Source: Balanoglossus misakiensis (Eukaryota > Animalia > Hemichordata). Taken from it: a stretch of 64,000 nucleotides of DNA. The notes under the pieces were generated by a model. That model worked only from the letters and a program-made list of their open reading frames with translations, was not told where the DNA came from and did not search any database. Of the stretch, positions 1 to 26,600 are shown one piece after another; positions within the stretch are counted from its first letter, which is position 1; the number at the start of each line of letters is the position of its first letter. The translations under genes were made by a program, and so were the position numbers. The stretch covers positions 124,001 through 188,000 of the forward strand of contig CM082588.2 of the NCBI GenBank assembly GCA_040954595.2, given 5' to 3'.

Positions 1-449
1 TTTTGCAAATTTTCACGAACTCTAGGGTCTCTATCTAAGAAACCTGGTGGTCATGTGACAAACACAAGCCAAAGGGTCCAATGTAGGAAGTTTATGGAAC
101 CATTGTGGGCTCATACATACAAATGCATTAACTGGGGAAATAAGGATACTTTAGGATGAGAATTATTAGGAACCTGAGGGTCAGTTCTGGTTAAATCTAA
201 GGCACGCCTAATATTTATCCCTGATTTGAAATTGCTATAGTTGGTATTTTTTTAATTATTGACTTATATACAGTACTGAGAAGTTCAATTTTCAGAAATC
301 TGTGAAAGTTTTGGTCACAAAAAATCTTCTATCTCGCTGAACAGTAGAATAGTATTATTCATGCATCTAAAAACAAAAGCTGCTTACGTATCAATATGTA
401 TAAATATAGGCTGAAATAGATAATTTCGTTTACAGCATGTCACAGTTAA

Positions 450-750
450 ATACTTCTGAACCATGCGTAAAAGTTTCAGAGATTGGCAATCACATAAATT
501 TGCGTTGAACTGAAGAAGTGTAAAGCTGGAGGTTGCGACTATACCACTGCTGCCAAAAGCTACAACTGGGCTCCTGATCAATGTGAAGAAAAACACCTCC
601 AAAGTGCCCACGGCCTACAAGCACATCATGAGAATCAAGTTACAGTTTAAAACTTCAGAACCAAGTGCAAAAGTTTCACAGATTGGAAATCGCATAAATT
701 TGCATTAAACTGAAGAAGTGTAAAGCTGAAGGTTTTGAATATACCACTGC
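450..750. repeat. Diverged ~100-bp direct duplication (period ~200) in the presumptive 3' UTR of the SH3 adaptor gene
   Basis: aaagtttca.agattgg.aatc.cataaatttgc.tt.aactgaagaagtgtaaagctg occurs at ~470 and ~670. Confidence 0.8.
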
Positions 751-761
751 TTTGCTAATGT

Positions 762-13043
<12,282 letters not shown>

Positions 13044-13147
13044 TGCTGAAATATTCTGTGGAAACCCAGGTTACGATAAGATTTTGACCTTAAGATCTTT
13101 TGCGACGTAGCCCTCAACAGGTGAGCAAATACCAAACATGGCGCTGC

Positions 13148-13157
13148 GTCACGTGAC
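13148..13157. promoter_or_regulatory. CLEAR-type E-box GTCACGTGAC upstream of the SH3 adaptor start
   Basis: Perfect palindrome ~105 bp upstream of the ATG, next to YY1-like aacatggcg. Confidence 0.5.
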
Positions 13158-14644
13158 CTGAGAAACTCCCCAAGTGACTGAGTTATATCATGTATATGAT
13201 TATGAGCGTTTGGGAAACTTATTCTTGACTGGAGAGGGCGAGACAGAAATGTTGACATAAAAACAATAGAAAACTTTATTCAGATTGTGAAATTCTTTCT
13301 ATTGGCATAAGGGAAGATGCAACGTTGCCTGTTCAGTGCACAGCTCAACAAATGGCATGGAAATACACATTCTGATTTACTTTTTTTGATCAAGTGCATC
13401 TCTCTTCTCTTGTATGTTTCTATTTCGGCCACATGCAAACCAAAAATAGCTTCCACAAAGCAGGTTGCAATATCAAACATTGGCTAATGATGGCAGAACC
13501 AAATGGATTTCTGGGGACATGGAGTATGGGTTTTGTGATGAAAAATGAAAGAATAAACCCAACAGCATATTAACTCTTTTAAAAGTTTATTCACTTGAAA
13601 ATTAAGGCTTTTTTCAATATTTACAACACTCATTCCTTTGGCAAAAAAAATTCTTGAGATCAAGATGATAGCCGATAAAGAATACAAAAAATCAATTTTC
13701 TAAGTTTTCAAGCCCATCTGGATTTTTAAAAATGTAACATTCAGATGGTCTGATTGCCATATTCAATTTTAAACCACATTTCATTATTCAACCTTTAAAC
13801 GAAAATGGTACCATTTCACAGAAGTTTCCAAATATCATTTCTATATACCCCAAACCTTTGGTGTACCACATATACTCAATGTGATAATGAAAATAACTTT
13901 CTCATGCAATGTCTGATTCAGAACTTATCTGTATGCATGCTTCAACTTTCCACCCCAATTCAACCATACTACATTTTGATATTGATGGGGTAATGACTGG
14001 AAAGAAAAGAATGACATCAACATTTGAAAGAGAACTGATAAAGCTTTATTGTTTTTGATTTGTCTGTATTACATCTCATCTGTACCAGACGCCATCTTGT
14101 CAAGGCCATAAAAAAAAACCTCAAACCCATACAGAAATTTCCCACCACAAATCAAACACCTCTACTTTCCTTTTTTGCATTGAATATTGCTTTCAAAGGA
14201 TTTGTTTATTATTTACACGAACCCCCCCCCCTCCATCTTTGAACCCTACCTCCCTTGTATGAAACAATGGATTGATCATGAGCAGTCAAGGTAAACCTTT
14301 ACATTCAGCTTTATTAGAAAATGTGATTATTGACCAAAGCTACATGGAATTGAGAACTATAATTAAGTTGTTACCGCATACTTCCACTTTTAATGTAAAG
14401 AAGATACATTATATACCTTTCTGGATGACTGTTACCTCATGAGACAAAAATGCTCCTGTTATAGAATTGTTGTGATGAATGCAAGTCTAACAAAAGGGAC
14501 ATCTGTAACTTGTAGCAACACCCCAAATATCTAATGTTGTTGGAAATTATACATGTGCATAGACAGCCAAGCCAAATCTACAATCACCCGTATCCCACAA
14601 AGTTGGATGTAGCTATGAAGTAATCTATGATCCCATTGACACCG

Positions 14645-17600
14645 TTAAATATTGAGCATATCTTCATCACTGTCATCATGATATTGAATACTTTTTCCTG
14701 TAAATTGTCCCTTTTTCACTCTGACTTCAGAATCAAGCAACTCATCATCTTTTTCGTCCTTTTTGCTTTTACTTTTCTTCTTCTTCTTTTTCTCTTTTTC
14801 CTCTTCCTGATCCTGTTTGGGCTTTCTCCTGCTTTTCCGACTTGAGGAAGGATCCAGTTCACTCGCAACAATCTCTGTTGGCTGGAGGAGTTCATCCTCA
14901 CTCTCATCATCATATTCTCTCTCAGCAGTGTTCATCAAAAGATCGGACTCATCATCATTATCTGCAAGCTGTCCAAACAGACAATAAGAGTGATATATTA
15001 GTATCTAGAATGACTCTCCAACCCATGACCTGCAGCAGAAAATCACCTAGCAATGGGATTTGGCATTAACCCTTTCACCCCCAGTTTCCTCTTGAGAGGT
15101 TAAACCTTACCATAGAAAACAATGGGTTTGGACTGAACCATGGTAGTGAAAGGGTTCATCATAATGGTGCTGTCATGGTGATGACTCTCTCTCTATCTTC
15201 AAAAACTCAGCACAATCTCTGCCTATTTTCATTTCTGCACTTTGTAAAACACAGAGACACACTCACCTTTGAATACCTGTAAGAAGGAACTGCAGAGGCA
15301 GGACAACAACATCTGCGAATCCGTCCAGCAAAAGCAGCTCTGAAAATGGAGGAGTTCAAATGAGTATAAATTTGACCAGATGGTTTTAAAGTTTCTTTTC
15401 TACCCAAACTTCCATAGCTAAAATAATGCAGTGAGAACCAACCGGTGGTGGAAAACACCACATAACAATGGGAAGTGCAGATCTTTACATCACAACATAA
15501 GCAAACAGACTACATGTACATCACAAATCTACTCACCTTCTTTCTGGTTTGTGGAATACTATCAGTAATATACAAACACCTATGGCTAACAGGAAACCAA
15601 CAGTAACTATGGCCACAGTTTTTGGATGCTCATGTATGGCTGCTGACAGCCTACCACCTGGTCCAAGGTTTTCTTCATCTGGATATACACTGTGAAGACA
15701 ATAAGGGGCAGGAACTACATCAGATGGGAAGGGGGTAGGGTGTATACTTCAGCTCACAGGATTATTATTTTATGAGACATATTGTTTTGAATTTCAGATG
15801 CTCATTGGCAAGTTGGACCACACTGTGTCATAAGTTTTGAACACAAACTTTGATGACATCACACTTACACTTTTGGATGAAGACACACAGCTGATGTGTA
15901 CCAACTGAAGAAGTAGTGGCAATTTTGGGATTCATATGAAAATGTTGGCTGGCCCTGTAAAAAAACAAAACATTGGCTTTATTTGTTTCATTACCTCCAA
16001 TGACCATAACATATACTAAGGACATCACATTGAAAACCAAAAACACCAATGAGTATCTTGTAAATACAGAAAATGACAGGAAATCATTGGTCAGGGTCAA
16101 GTCGATGTATGCAGGTTTAGTTGCAAGCACAAATTCCCAGCTTACCAGTCCAGCATCTTCACTGCAGTGGAATACAATAGTTGAGTTGACATCGTCAATT
16201 CCGTCCTTCCCACATTGTCCTGGATTGGTGACAACCATCTCTAGCTCATCAGCTACAAACAAAAAAATTAACAAACTTCACAAAAATGAAATGTATTGTC
16301 CACTGATATGTGAAATGCTAAATGCATAAAAGAAATTTAACTTTACAAATCATATGTTCTTAAGCAAGAACGGAAAACATTGGAGCAGACACATCTGTCA
16401 ATGTTTAAAATTTATCCTATCATGATAACCTTGATAAGAAAACACATACCTTCCATGAAGAAATTTGTATGTTGTGCCTGTCCAACATTTCTGTGAAAAC
16501 CAGGGTCTTTTGTCTTGGTCTGACAAACAACAGCTCCTTTACAGTTCTCGTCAACATTGTCAAGGCCATGTTCATCAAGAGTGATGTGATAGATGTAATG
16601 ATCCAGATTATCTCGAATGTCACCTTCTGCCTCAAAACTACAGACAATATACATTTGTACAAGTGTTGACATTTCAATGCAGGAAGGGCATTACAATTCA
16701 CCATTGTAGAAAGTCGATAAATATGAAAAAAAAACAGTAATTCATATTCTACGCCTCTCTAATGATTCCATATTCCATTGCCATGGCATTGCTGGATCAG
16801 AGTATGTCTAGTTTTGATACACCTATGGTTGGCAGCTACTTACGTTTGTTCCATCAAAGGTGAAAGGTCAATGACCCCTCCAGACACTGGGTCAGTGGTT
16901 TTACCATTGACAATTTTCACAGGTTCTCTGTTATGAAAGAACAAACAAGAAAATAAAGAATATGCCACAGTTATTTCAAGAACAAAAAATGAATTTTGTC
17001 TATTTAACAGTAACTGATGTCACACCAAGAAAACACCAAGATTTAAGGTCACTAAGAGGTCATGAATACATGCTATGGTATGTCCAGGTTCAAATCTAAT
17101 TCATTTATCATGAATGCTGATACATAATGAAAGATAGTCACTCATCACTCACCTTTCTGTGTTGCATGCCACATGCGACTTCCATTGAAAGACAAACTCA
17201 CACACAACAACACCATCTTCATCAGACTTTGGAATACTAAGAAAGGTTAAGAATTGAGACACAAGAGATCAATACACTGTATCAAAAAGCTTTGTGGTAA
17301 AAGTCATGGGCCACCAAACAAATACAGTCAATCTCTATCAAATTATCTCGAAGGCAGTTGTCTGTTATTCGATGATATAATAGACAGGTACTTTCTAAAA
17401 CAAAAGCATTAAAATAAAGGCCAACATAAATTAACGTTAAGCATTGTACACCTGGTTAATAGACATGGACTATATAAAGATCCCAATGCTTATTAAAACC
17501 AATGGACATTTACAAACCTAGTAACAACAGGACCACCAACAACTCCAGCACACTGGAACTTAATCACAGATCTAGCTCTGATGTCATGTCTGGAGTACTC

Positions 17601-20600
17601 TGTACCACAGATGTTGCTGCCTTCTGAGTATTCCACCAGAAGTTTCACATCACCATTCTCACCTATTGGACAATGAATAGTTCAGTTAATTGTCATAAAA
17701 CACAGGCCCCTTTACGACAACAGCTACAGAGGCAATGGTTGATATCAGCAGAATCATCAATGGACTGTAGACTAGGAAATCGAGCTATGCAAGCCAAACT
17801 GCCAAAGGGGTGGTGGGGATAGCACCTATTATCACAAACATCTGATATTATGAACCTGGCCAAAGGATGTGGCTCAAGGGAAATACTAGAATGTTATTTA
17901 CCGTCTATTCTGATAGACTGTGTCTCCACCTTTCCCAGCGACTCAAATGATCCGTCTGGTTTTCTCCGACAAACTGATGAACCGGGTGGACATTTTGTGT
18001 TAGCCACTGGTAGGCATAAGTTGATATAGTACCTACAAGAAAAGCGAAACAGGTTTGTGTTTAAAAAGTCAAACTGCTTTAATGATGATAAATACATTCT
18101 TTGCAAGAGAGCCATTATGGGTTATTTTGTATCTTACTCACTCATTATCGTATTCATCTTTGATACTCCATTCGCCTGTGGTCTGTGAGAGGACATTGAG
18201 ATCGTACGTCTGACCGTTATATGACATGGCACATGGTTCATTGGTAGGGACACAAACTAGATTGGTTTTCCACTGGAACATGTACAGACACCCTCCGTGT
18301 GACTAAAAAAGAATTAAGGGCATTCAATTCCTTTCAATTATAAAGTCACTATCTTGTGCCAAGAGAACTGAAGTTATGTCATAAAAATAGGAAAACAGTT
18401 GTAATCTCACTGGTGCATGTAATGATAATTATGTACATATCTGCTTGTTACATGGTGTTTGATGTATTTACTATAACACAACCACAACACTACATAAAAG
18501 CACAAAAGGGTGAACACTCGTGTAGTGAAATGGTATTTCTGTATCAAGCACAGAAAATTCAATACTTACTGAGAACAGTGTCGGTTCTCCTGTACCAACA
18601 GATTCATCACACTCAAAGATTATAATTGTTTTGCGTTTTTCTTCACCTGGATCAAAGAAAATTAAAATGTTAAAATCTTGACAGCGAGAACTGGGTGCTA
18701 CCAGAGTCACTGGTGTCTACTGACATGACATGATCCTCATAGACATCAAAATAATTCCAACCACAGATATATAAATGAATACTACGAATCTTGCCCATCA
18801 TGGGATTATGCAGATCCAAGGTGACTGTACTGTTTACTTACTTCCAGAACAACTGTCTCCATTGAAGTATACCAATTTTAACACTTCATCTTCATAAATA
18901 AATTCTTGAGATGCAGTGCTACCCAGAGATACATCAGGAAGACCTTTCTGACAAACCCCTGCACTTTGACAAGCACCTATGGCTCCAGGAATTTGACTGC
19001 ATACATTGATTTCATAAGTAGTACTATCACTTGTCACCTGTCAATCAATGAAATTGTCTTTCTTATTGGTTGATAAGCTGTCATTCAAACATGTTGGGAG
19101 TTGTCAGAGGAGTTGCTTGTGACAAGCACTGAAGTTGCTATAGCATATATTTCAAACCAAGCATATAATAATGAAACTATTAATTCACATACCGTGTAAA
19201 CACTGTCATGGTCTTTTGCAGTGAGAGAGCTCAAGTCAAAAGTGTAGTCTACACTTGGCTCATGGAACGTGCAGTCGACAGTCGCCGGTGCAGGAGTGGA
19301 AGGTGGGCACACCACGTTGGTTTGCCAATCCACCAGGTAAGTACAGTCTGTGTAACCAGTCAATTCAGGCTGACCCTGGAGGAATATAACAGTGAGAACA
19401 GTCAGGACTATGACAGCACATTCTATTCTCATTACCTTAAACAAGTTTTTGCTACCTAGATTAGTGATAAAAAATCTCATATGATCAACAGATTTTCAAG
19501 ATGATGTTCATATAGGCTAAATAAATGTTGGGTTACATTGAACTGTTGATTACCTCAGATACGCTAGTCTCACAGTGGAATGTTATGATGGTGGCCAGAC
19601 GTCTGCTAGGTTCCTCAGGACACTTGGTCCCATTGATGTATTTCAATGCCACTTCACCAGCATTGTTAATATATGGCTCATCATGGAGATGTCCTACGCT
19701 CTGAAAATGGTCATCATACACAAAGAAAATCAGAGTTATTGTTTTATGCAAATAACTGTTGCAAGGTTCCCTGGCCATTTTACTCATATCTTGACATTTG
19801 TCCCTGATTGTGGAAGGGCAATTTGTTCTGATGATCAGAAAACCTCAACCAATCACCCACCTGATCCTGACAAATGAATATTGTAGATGGACTGCTACTT
19901 ACAATTGGTTTTTCTCCTGGTTTTGATTTGCAGGCTGATGCTCCAGCAGGGCAGTTGACCCCTGCAATTGGGTTCAAAGGTCGACAAGGGTTGACATAAA
20001 AGGAAGACATGTCATCACCAATCCGTGAAGGGACAAGATAATGACCTCGCTCTGTCACCAAATTTGAAAGGTCGATGATGTACCTCTCGTCTCCTGAATA
20101 TTTTAAGACACTGCACTCAAGCTGATGGAAAATAACAAGACATGTATGCTGTTAAAAAAACACCAGAAGATGAGACAACAGGGCAACCCATTGAATACTT
20201 AGACGGGATCTGTACTGTACTGTAATTTATAGCTTAATGGAACTCACCTTTCTTTCACAAACTAGCGGTGTATGCCACGAAAAATAATATGTACAATCGT
20301 CACTCTCGTCAATATAGGCAGGTGATCCCAAGTCACTCATGTCTTTATCCTGATCACACACAAAATTAATGATGGTGTTTCTTGTATATGAATTGTCATG
20401 GCATGGGTCACCACCGGAGTAATTGAGAAACAGAATGCCATCATCATAGATGAGATTCTGGTTGTAATTTCCAGCGTTGAAAGCTCTGCCAGATGTGGAT
20501 GCAATCTCTTGTTGACATGCTCCTAAAAGTTACAGATGAAAATGTATGTGACATTGTAGCATATCACTTGATTGTGAAGTCATTTTGCCACTGTAAGTTT

Positions 20601-23600
20601 CACTGTCACTATGTATTCAAAACATCAGCCTCAAAATCACTCTTGTTGACCTAAGGGTCTTCTATGTCACAAAATCATGGATCTGTAATGTTGAAACCCT
20701 GCAACGGCTAACAGCAGACAGGGATAACATGAATTTTGGGTCTGTTTGCAGAATGGCAAAAAACTTACCAACTTTGCCAACATTATTGACATCACAGACA
20801 GTGTTCTTAACAGGACCACAAGCATTTATCGCAAACTCATGTCCAAGACCATCTCTGACAAGGTATCCACTCTCCTTACTGAGAGCATTCAAATCAAAAC
20901 GGAATCCTGCAAAATGAACAAAAGATATAAAACCACCAAGATTGTTAGTAGTGTTAATCAAATGAGAAAAGAGTGTTAATTTACAAATATGTTCACAAAA
21001 TTCCAATAAATGGCAGCAAAGATGAAATCATCTTTTCTAAATTGGGATTTCTAGAAAGATGTTTGTAGTCATGTTACCTGTTTGTGGATTGGACACAGTA
21101 CAGTTGTTGGAAACAACATCTTTGTGGTTGATAGGGCAAGCTGCACTAGTCACCCATAGAAAGTAATAGTCGCAATTCTCTGTAGCATAAGTGAACTGAG
21201 GTACAGAGCCCTGAAAACAAACAAATAAAAAAAACATGATGAATCTTGTATCATGCCAATTTGACTAAGGCCCACATCAAGATGATTTACCACAACTCCA
21301 ACACAACATTGAGTTTTAATTTAAAACAAAGTTGTTTTTCCTACTTACAAAAGCATCTTCATTACATTCAAAGTTGATAGTAGCTGTCCGTTTCTTATCA
21401 CCACCAGGACAATCACCACCCAAGTCATATCGGATCACCAAGTGGCCATTTTCCATGTATGGTTCCCCTGTGACCGTTCCAAGACTGACTGATCTGTGAA
21501 GACATGGCATGTCCATTTTGGATAATTAAACTTGTTGTTTTTGCCAAGACTGAGGATTATTAGTAAATGATTTGGGAACCCTGGTAACATTTACCAACAG
21601 CAAGTACCACCTTTATCAAAAACACTGAAACTAACCATCAGCTAATGTTGATTTCACTGGTCTAAGTGAACATTTTGTCATATATCAATAATTGATAGTG
21701 ATAATTAGACAACTAGACAATACTGCATGTCCTCAATCCAGAATCCATATTCAGAACATATTTGTTCACTCCAATTATGATATTTACCTGTTTTTCCCAT
21801 CATCCCCCTGGTACACCAGACAAGCTGCTGCTTCATATGAACATGCCATGCCTGAAATGAAGTTGCACGGAGAGAGATTACTAAATGTCAAGAGGAAGAT
21901 CACACTCCCATACAGATTTCAGTGGACAATCAATTATAGCCATGCAAAGTTGAAAATGTGCAACTAAATATTTCCCTAGATCAAATAGGTATCTAATAAA
22001 TGATATTTTCTTCACAGGCTTTACATTACCATGACTATGCAGAGATGCCATCTATTAAAGTTTGTGTCAAACTAAGCTGACTTTGCAAAATGAAGTGTTG
22101 ATGTGTGGCCATGTTTGTACAAGAAATCACAATAAAATGTCTCCAGCCTCACCTGGTTTTTGTAGCAGTGACCGACACACATTCAAATAGAAAGTATCTT
22201 TTCTGTAAGAGGGGACTGTTGGTATCACCAGGTAGTTTTCATTGAGCTTTGCCAGAGGTGTCAGATCATACTGAGCACCATTCTCGTCACGGTGACTACA
22301 GGAGACAATCTCATAGGGCGGACAGGCGTGGTGGGTGTACCAGACAAATACATACGTGCAGTCTGCAGTCTCATTTAGGAATTGAATTCTTCCAGATCCT
22401 GTGACGAAAACAATATGATTCCAGAGTTTTAATTTTCATCCAGATATTCCAAATAAAACCATGACATTGCTATTGACAGTTTCCACTTTCTGTATTGCAC
22501 ATCTATTTGCAACCTTTTGGTATTGTTTTAACATACAAGTACACCCATCCCATGATTGTAAAGTAATACTTTTACCTGTTGCAGTCTCATCACACGTAAA
22601 CTGTATAACTGTCGCACGTTCATAAACTTCTCCATGACATTTTTTACCAGTTGTGTAATTCAGAACCAGGAGTCCATCTTCATATCTCAAGTTTTGATTA
22701 AACTTTCCTATAAAATTGTAAAAAGAAATATCAAATTCAAATAGAGAGTCACCACTAAAAAATTTTGAACTTGGCACATCATCAACACAGCAGTAACTGG
22801 TTCCATGACAATTACAACAGAGAGGCATAGTAGAACACATACCAGCATCTATTGGATCAAATCCTGGCTGTGTTTGACAGGAACCCACAGCCTGGCTTCC
22901 ATCACATGGACCACTCCCTCCAACCAGTGCTCCACAAACATTGATCATATAAGTGTACTTTCCATCAGTTACTTGGTAGTCAGCAGCAGCATTTCTCAAA
23001 GGTGAAAGGTCAAACATATAGCCATATCTTGGGTCTTGAACTTTGCACTCTGACCCCACAACTTGCTGTTTGTATGAAAGAGAGAATGTACCACTCAGAG
23101 CAGGGCTACGCTGTTAATTATATTACAATATCAAAATGTATGATCAAGAAACATTAACTAGCAAAACATTTCTGGCAAAATTTCTACTCCGGTCAAACGA
23201 TTTCCATTCACATAACTTTGCAGACATACCTTCAGAGCACATGCACTTGGTGTTTCCCAGCTGAACACATACTCACACTCCGGTGTCTCTTCTTGGAACA
23301 CAAGGGATCCCTAAAAATATGACACTTCATTGTCAGTTATTACTCCAACTTTAATTAAAGTACTGCCATTTTATTTATTTTTCTTGTACACGATATTCAC
23401 TTTGACTGCCTCTATATTATACAGCAACTTTTTAACAATACACATGTAAGCTGCATCCCAAAATAGTAACAGATTTAATAGATTTTTTCTTGAGTTACCT
23501 GCGTTTCAGAACATTCAAGGTTAATTCTTGTGCTTCTGTGAAACTTTCCGTGGCAGAGATCACCATTCAAATACCGGATGCTGACAGATCCATCAGTTCC

Positions 23601-26600
23601 TGCTTCAGGCATTGACTGGACATAGCCAAGATTGTAATTGAGGCTGGAGTCAGTGTCGCTTGTCTGACAACTACCGATTGGCCCACCTATAACAAAAAGT
23701 TATCACCACAGCAATGACAACCCTGTGACTAGTTGGTGCAGTTCAGATATAGAACTGTCTCATCCTGTTAGCCATGACATAACTGTGAGATATCTTAGGA
23801 TTACTATTTTCTCTCATTTGATAAAGTCATATGTCAAAAACACTGAAACCTCACCTGGGCACCTGTACTCTTCAGTGGTTGGTGCATTTATAGGTCTGCA
23901 TATGTTGATGTGATAACGCAGATGTCCATATCCCACGCGTGTATCTACGGCTTCCCAGTTGTCCATTTGACGCACCAATGGTGTCAGATCATACTGGTTG
24001 CCATGCATGTCAGACACAAGGCAGTCCACAGATGTAGGGAGACATGCCAGAGATGTCTCAAAGTCAAACAAATAATGGCTGCCTTCTTTACGTACAAATT
24101 TAGGTTCTCCAAGAGGAATGTCGTGTCGACACAGGAATGTGACTTCAACTTGAGTCAGGTCTCCTGCATAAGAAAACAGCCACAGAATAAATGACACTTG
24201 CGTCAAATTTAAACAATAATGGAGCTCTCCACATTCAAAGAGGAAAACGGGTTAAAACAATCCACTAGGTCATGGATACAGTCAACTTACCAGTGGAAGT
24301 GCGTGATCCAATGTATTTTAAAGTAAGTTGTCCATCATCTGAGAACTCTAGTGCTGTGTTCAGTTTCCCCAAAACAGAACCATGTCCATCAGATGTCACC
24401 TCACACGCCGATGTTAGTTTATTATCGCTATTTGAGGCAGGACATTCAGTTGATCCAATGACTCCATTGCAGATATTTATCTTTGAAAAGAAAACAACAA
24501 ATTGCTTAATTTGGAACACATAAAATCGCTAATTTTCATATGAATTCCAATGTAAAACAGTCTAGGATTGTCACCCCCTGGGAATGCATGGAACAGCCAT
24601 CTTGAATCAAACTTATCACCTTAAACGTGCTAGGGTTGTCACCCCCTGATGTTACAGTGTAGTATGTTCCATTCTTCTTCCTCAGGGGTTGCAAATTGAA
24701 AGTGTATTCTGTATTCTGATCTTTGACGACGCAGTCTTCACCCTGGATGTCTTCAATTGGGCACGCTGCTTGTGTGTTCCATGTAAATGTAGTTTCACAC
24801 TCACCAATCTTCTCTAGGAAGTGTGGTGAACTGGACTGTGGAAAAAGATGCGAGAAGACAGAATCTGAATAGCTGGTTCAAAATCAACCCTGCGATGACC
24901 AATGAAGACTATCAGAGCTCAAAGTTGTAGAAATCAGAATAGTAACTGGGAAGGTTTTGAAGATCTTACCAGAGTGCCATGCTCACAAACAAAATGAATC
25001 CTTGTTGTTTGTTTGCCCTGTGCACCACATTTTACACCATTGGTGTATTCCAACATCAAGTTGCCTTCACTTTCAACAACTGGTCTGAGGGATGCCTGGC
25101 CCATGTTAGAAATACCAGCAACTTCTTGCTGTGAGCAATTAAGAAAAGCGGACAAATTTAAGATCAAATGTAATTCCACACACAGTCTGACTTTTGCAGA
25201 ACATTTTTTTTTTCAAACCAACAAAATATGTCTCAGACAAGGAAAGCAATATATATTGTCTACACAACTGACCTGATTCACAAATGCAGTTTGACAAACA
25301 GCAGCAAAAGAGTCACAGAAGTTGACAGGGTTCAATGACCTACAGACGTTGATGTAATACTTCTTTTTGTTGTTCGGGTCAGTATCATCGATGATAGACC
25401 AGTTCTCATCCTCTTCTGCTTTGGATAAACTATCAAAAATAAACATTGTCATCAGTGTGATGTGGCACAATAAATTCTAATCATTTTTTCCTTCAAATCA
25501 CAGTGCAGCTTTACAAGTACTAACAAATGCAAGACTGTAACATACCTTGATAAGTCATACTGCTGGTGGGTGTCTGGGTCTGTGACTACACACTCCACTG
25601 GAGCCACGGGGCAGACGTACTTGGTGTACCACTTGAAGGAGTATGTGTAGTTACCTTCATTGATGAACTCAGGTACCCCTGGGTCTGCATCGTATTTGCA
25701 CAGAAATGCAATCTCAGCCTGTGTGTCAAAAGAAGTCAGAAATCCAATTAGAGATCACATCATACCATGTCATCTGAAGTCCATCAGATTATATCCAGAG
25801 AGTTGTTCATACCTTTCTATCTATGGGTGGTGTGTGTGCATATGGATGTCCATGCTCGTAGACAATTCTGATGACGCCATCAAAGTACTCCAGCTTATCG
25901 CTTGGTTCGCCCAGTTTCCATTCTCCATTCCTAAGCAACCAAGAAAATATTTCTTTTTTGAAAAGTTGTCACTACATTTTAGAGGTCAAATTCAGATTCA
26001 AATTCATTCTGGCTCCAAAGAAGGATTCAGATTGAGGTTCATTAATAAAATTCCAATTCAGATTCATGACTTCAGACTCACCCTGTTGTGTCCTTCTGAC
26101 ATGCAGCAGCAGAACCATCACACTCTGTGACACCAGTGGATGTGACGGCCTTACACACATTGATGTAGTACTCATAGTGACTATATGTGATTTTGATGTT
26201 AGCTGGAACACTCAGCTGATTTAGGTCAAAGGATAAACCTGAAATGGAGCAAACATTTAAAAAGAATTACTCGCTTAGCGTCCAACAATCTCAGGGGAAT
26301 CATTATCTATGTGAAAGAACCCATCAAAATGCAGTCATATACTTCAAATAGGCCACACCCAGCCCCACTACTACTACCCATAACAGAACTAATAGCAATA
26401 ATGGTACAGTTTACCTGCATCTTCATCCACTATTTTGCAATTTTCTCCGCTTATCTGTCCCAGTGGACAGGCAGCCGCTGTGTGCCACTCAAACTCATAC
26501 ACACATCCTCCACTTGTCTTTCTGATCAACACAGGACCACTTTCAAGGTCACCTGTTGGTGAGAGAGATGTCACATTCATGAAGCCCATTCGGGAGAATC

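Noticed and set aside
18142-19037. Domain 13 as another M6P site
   Set aside because: Q, R and Y are present but the Glu position reads HTEGCLY, so the signature is incomplete.
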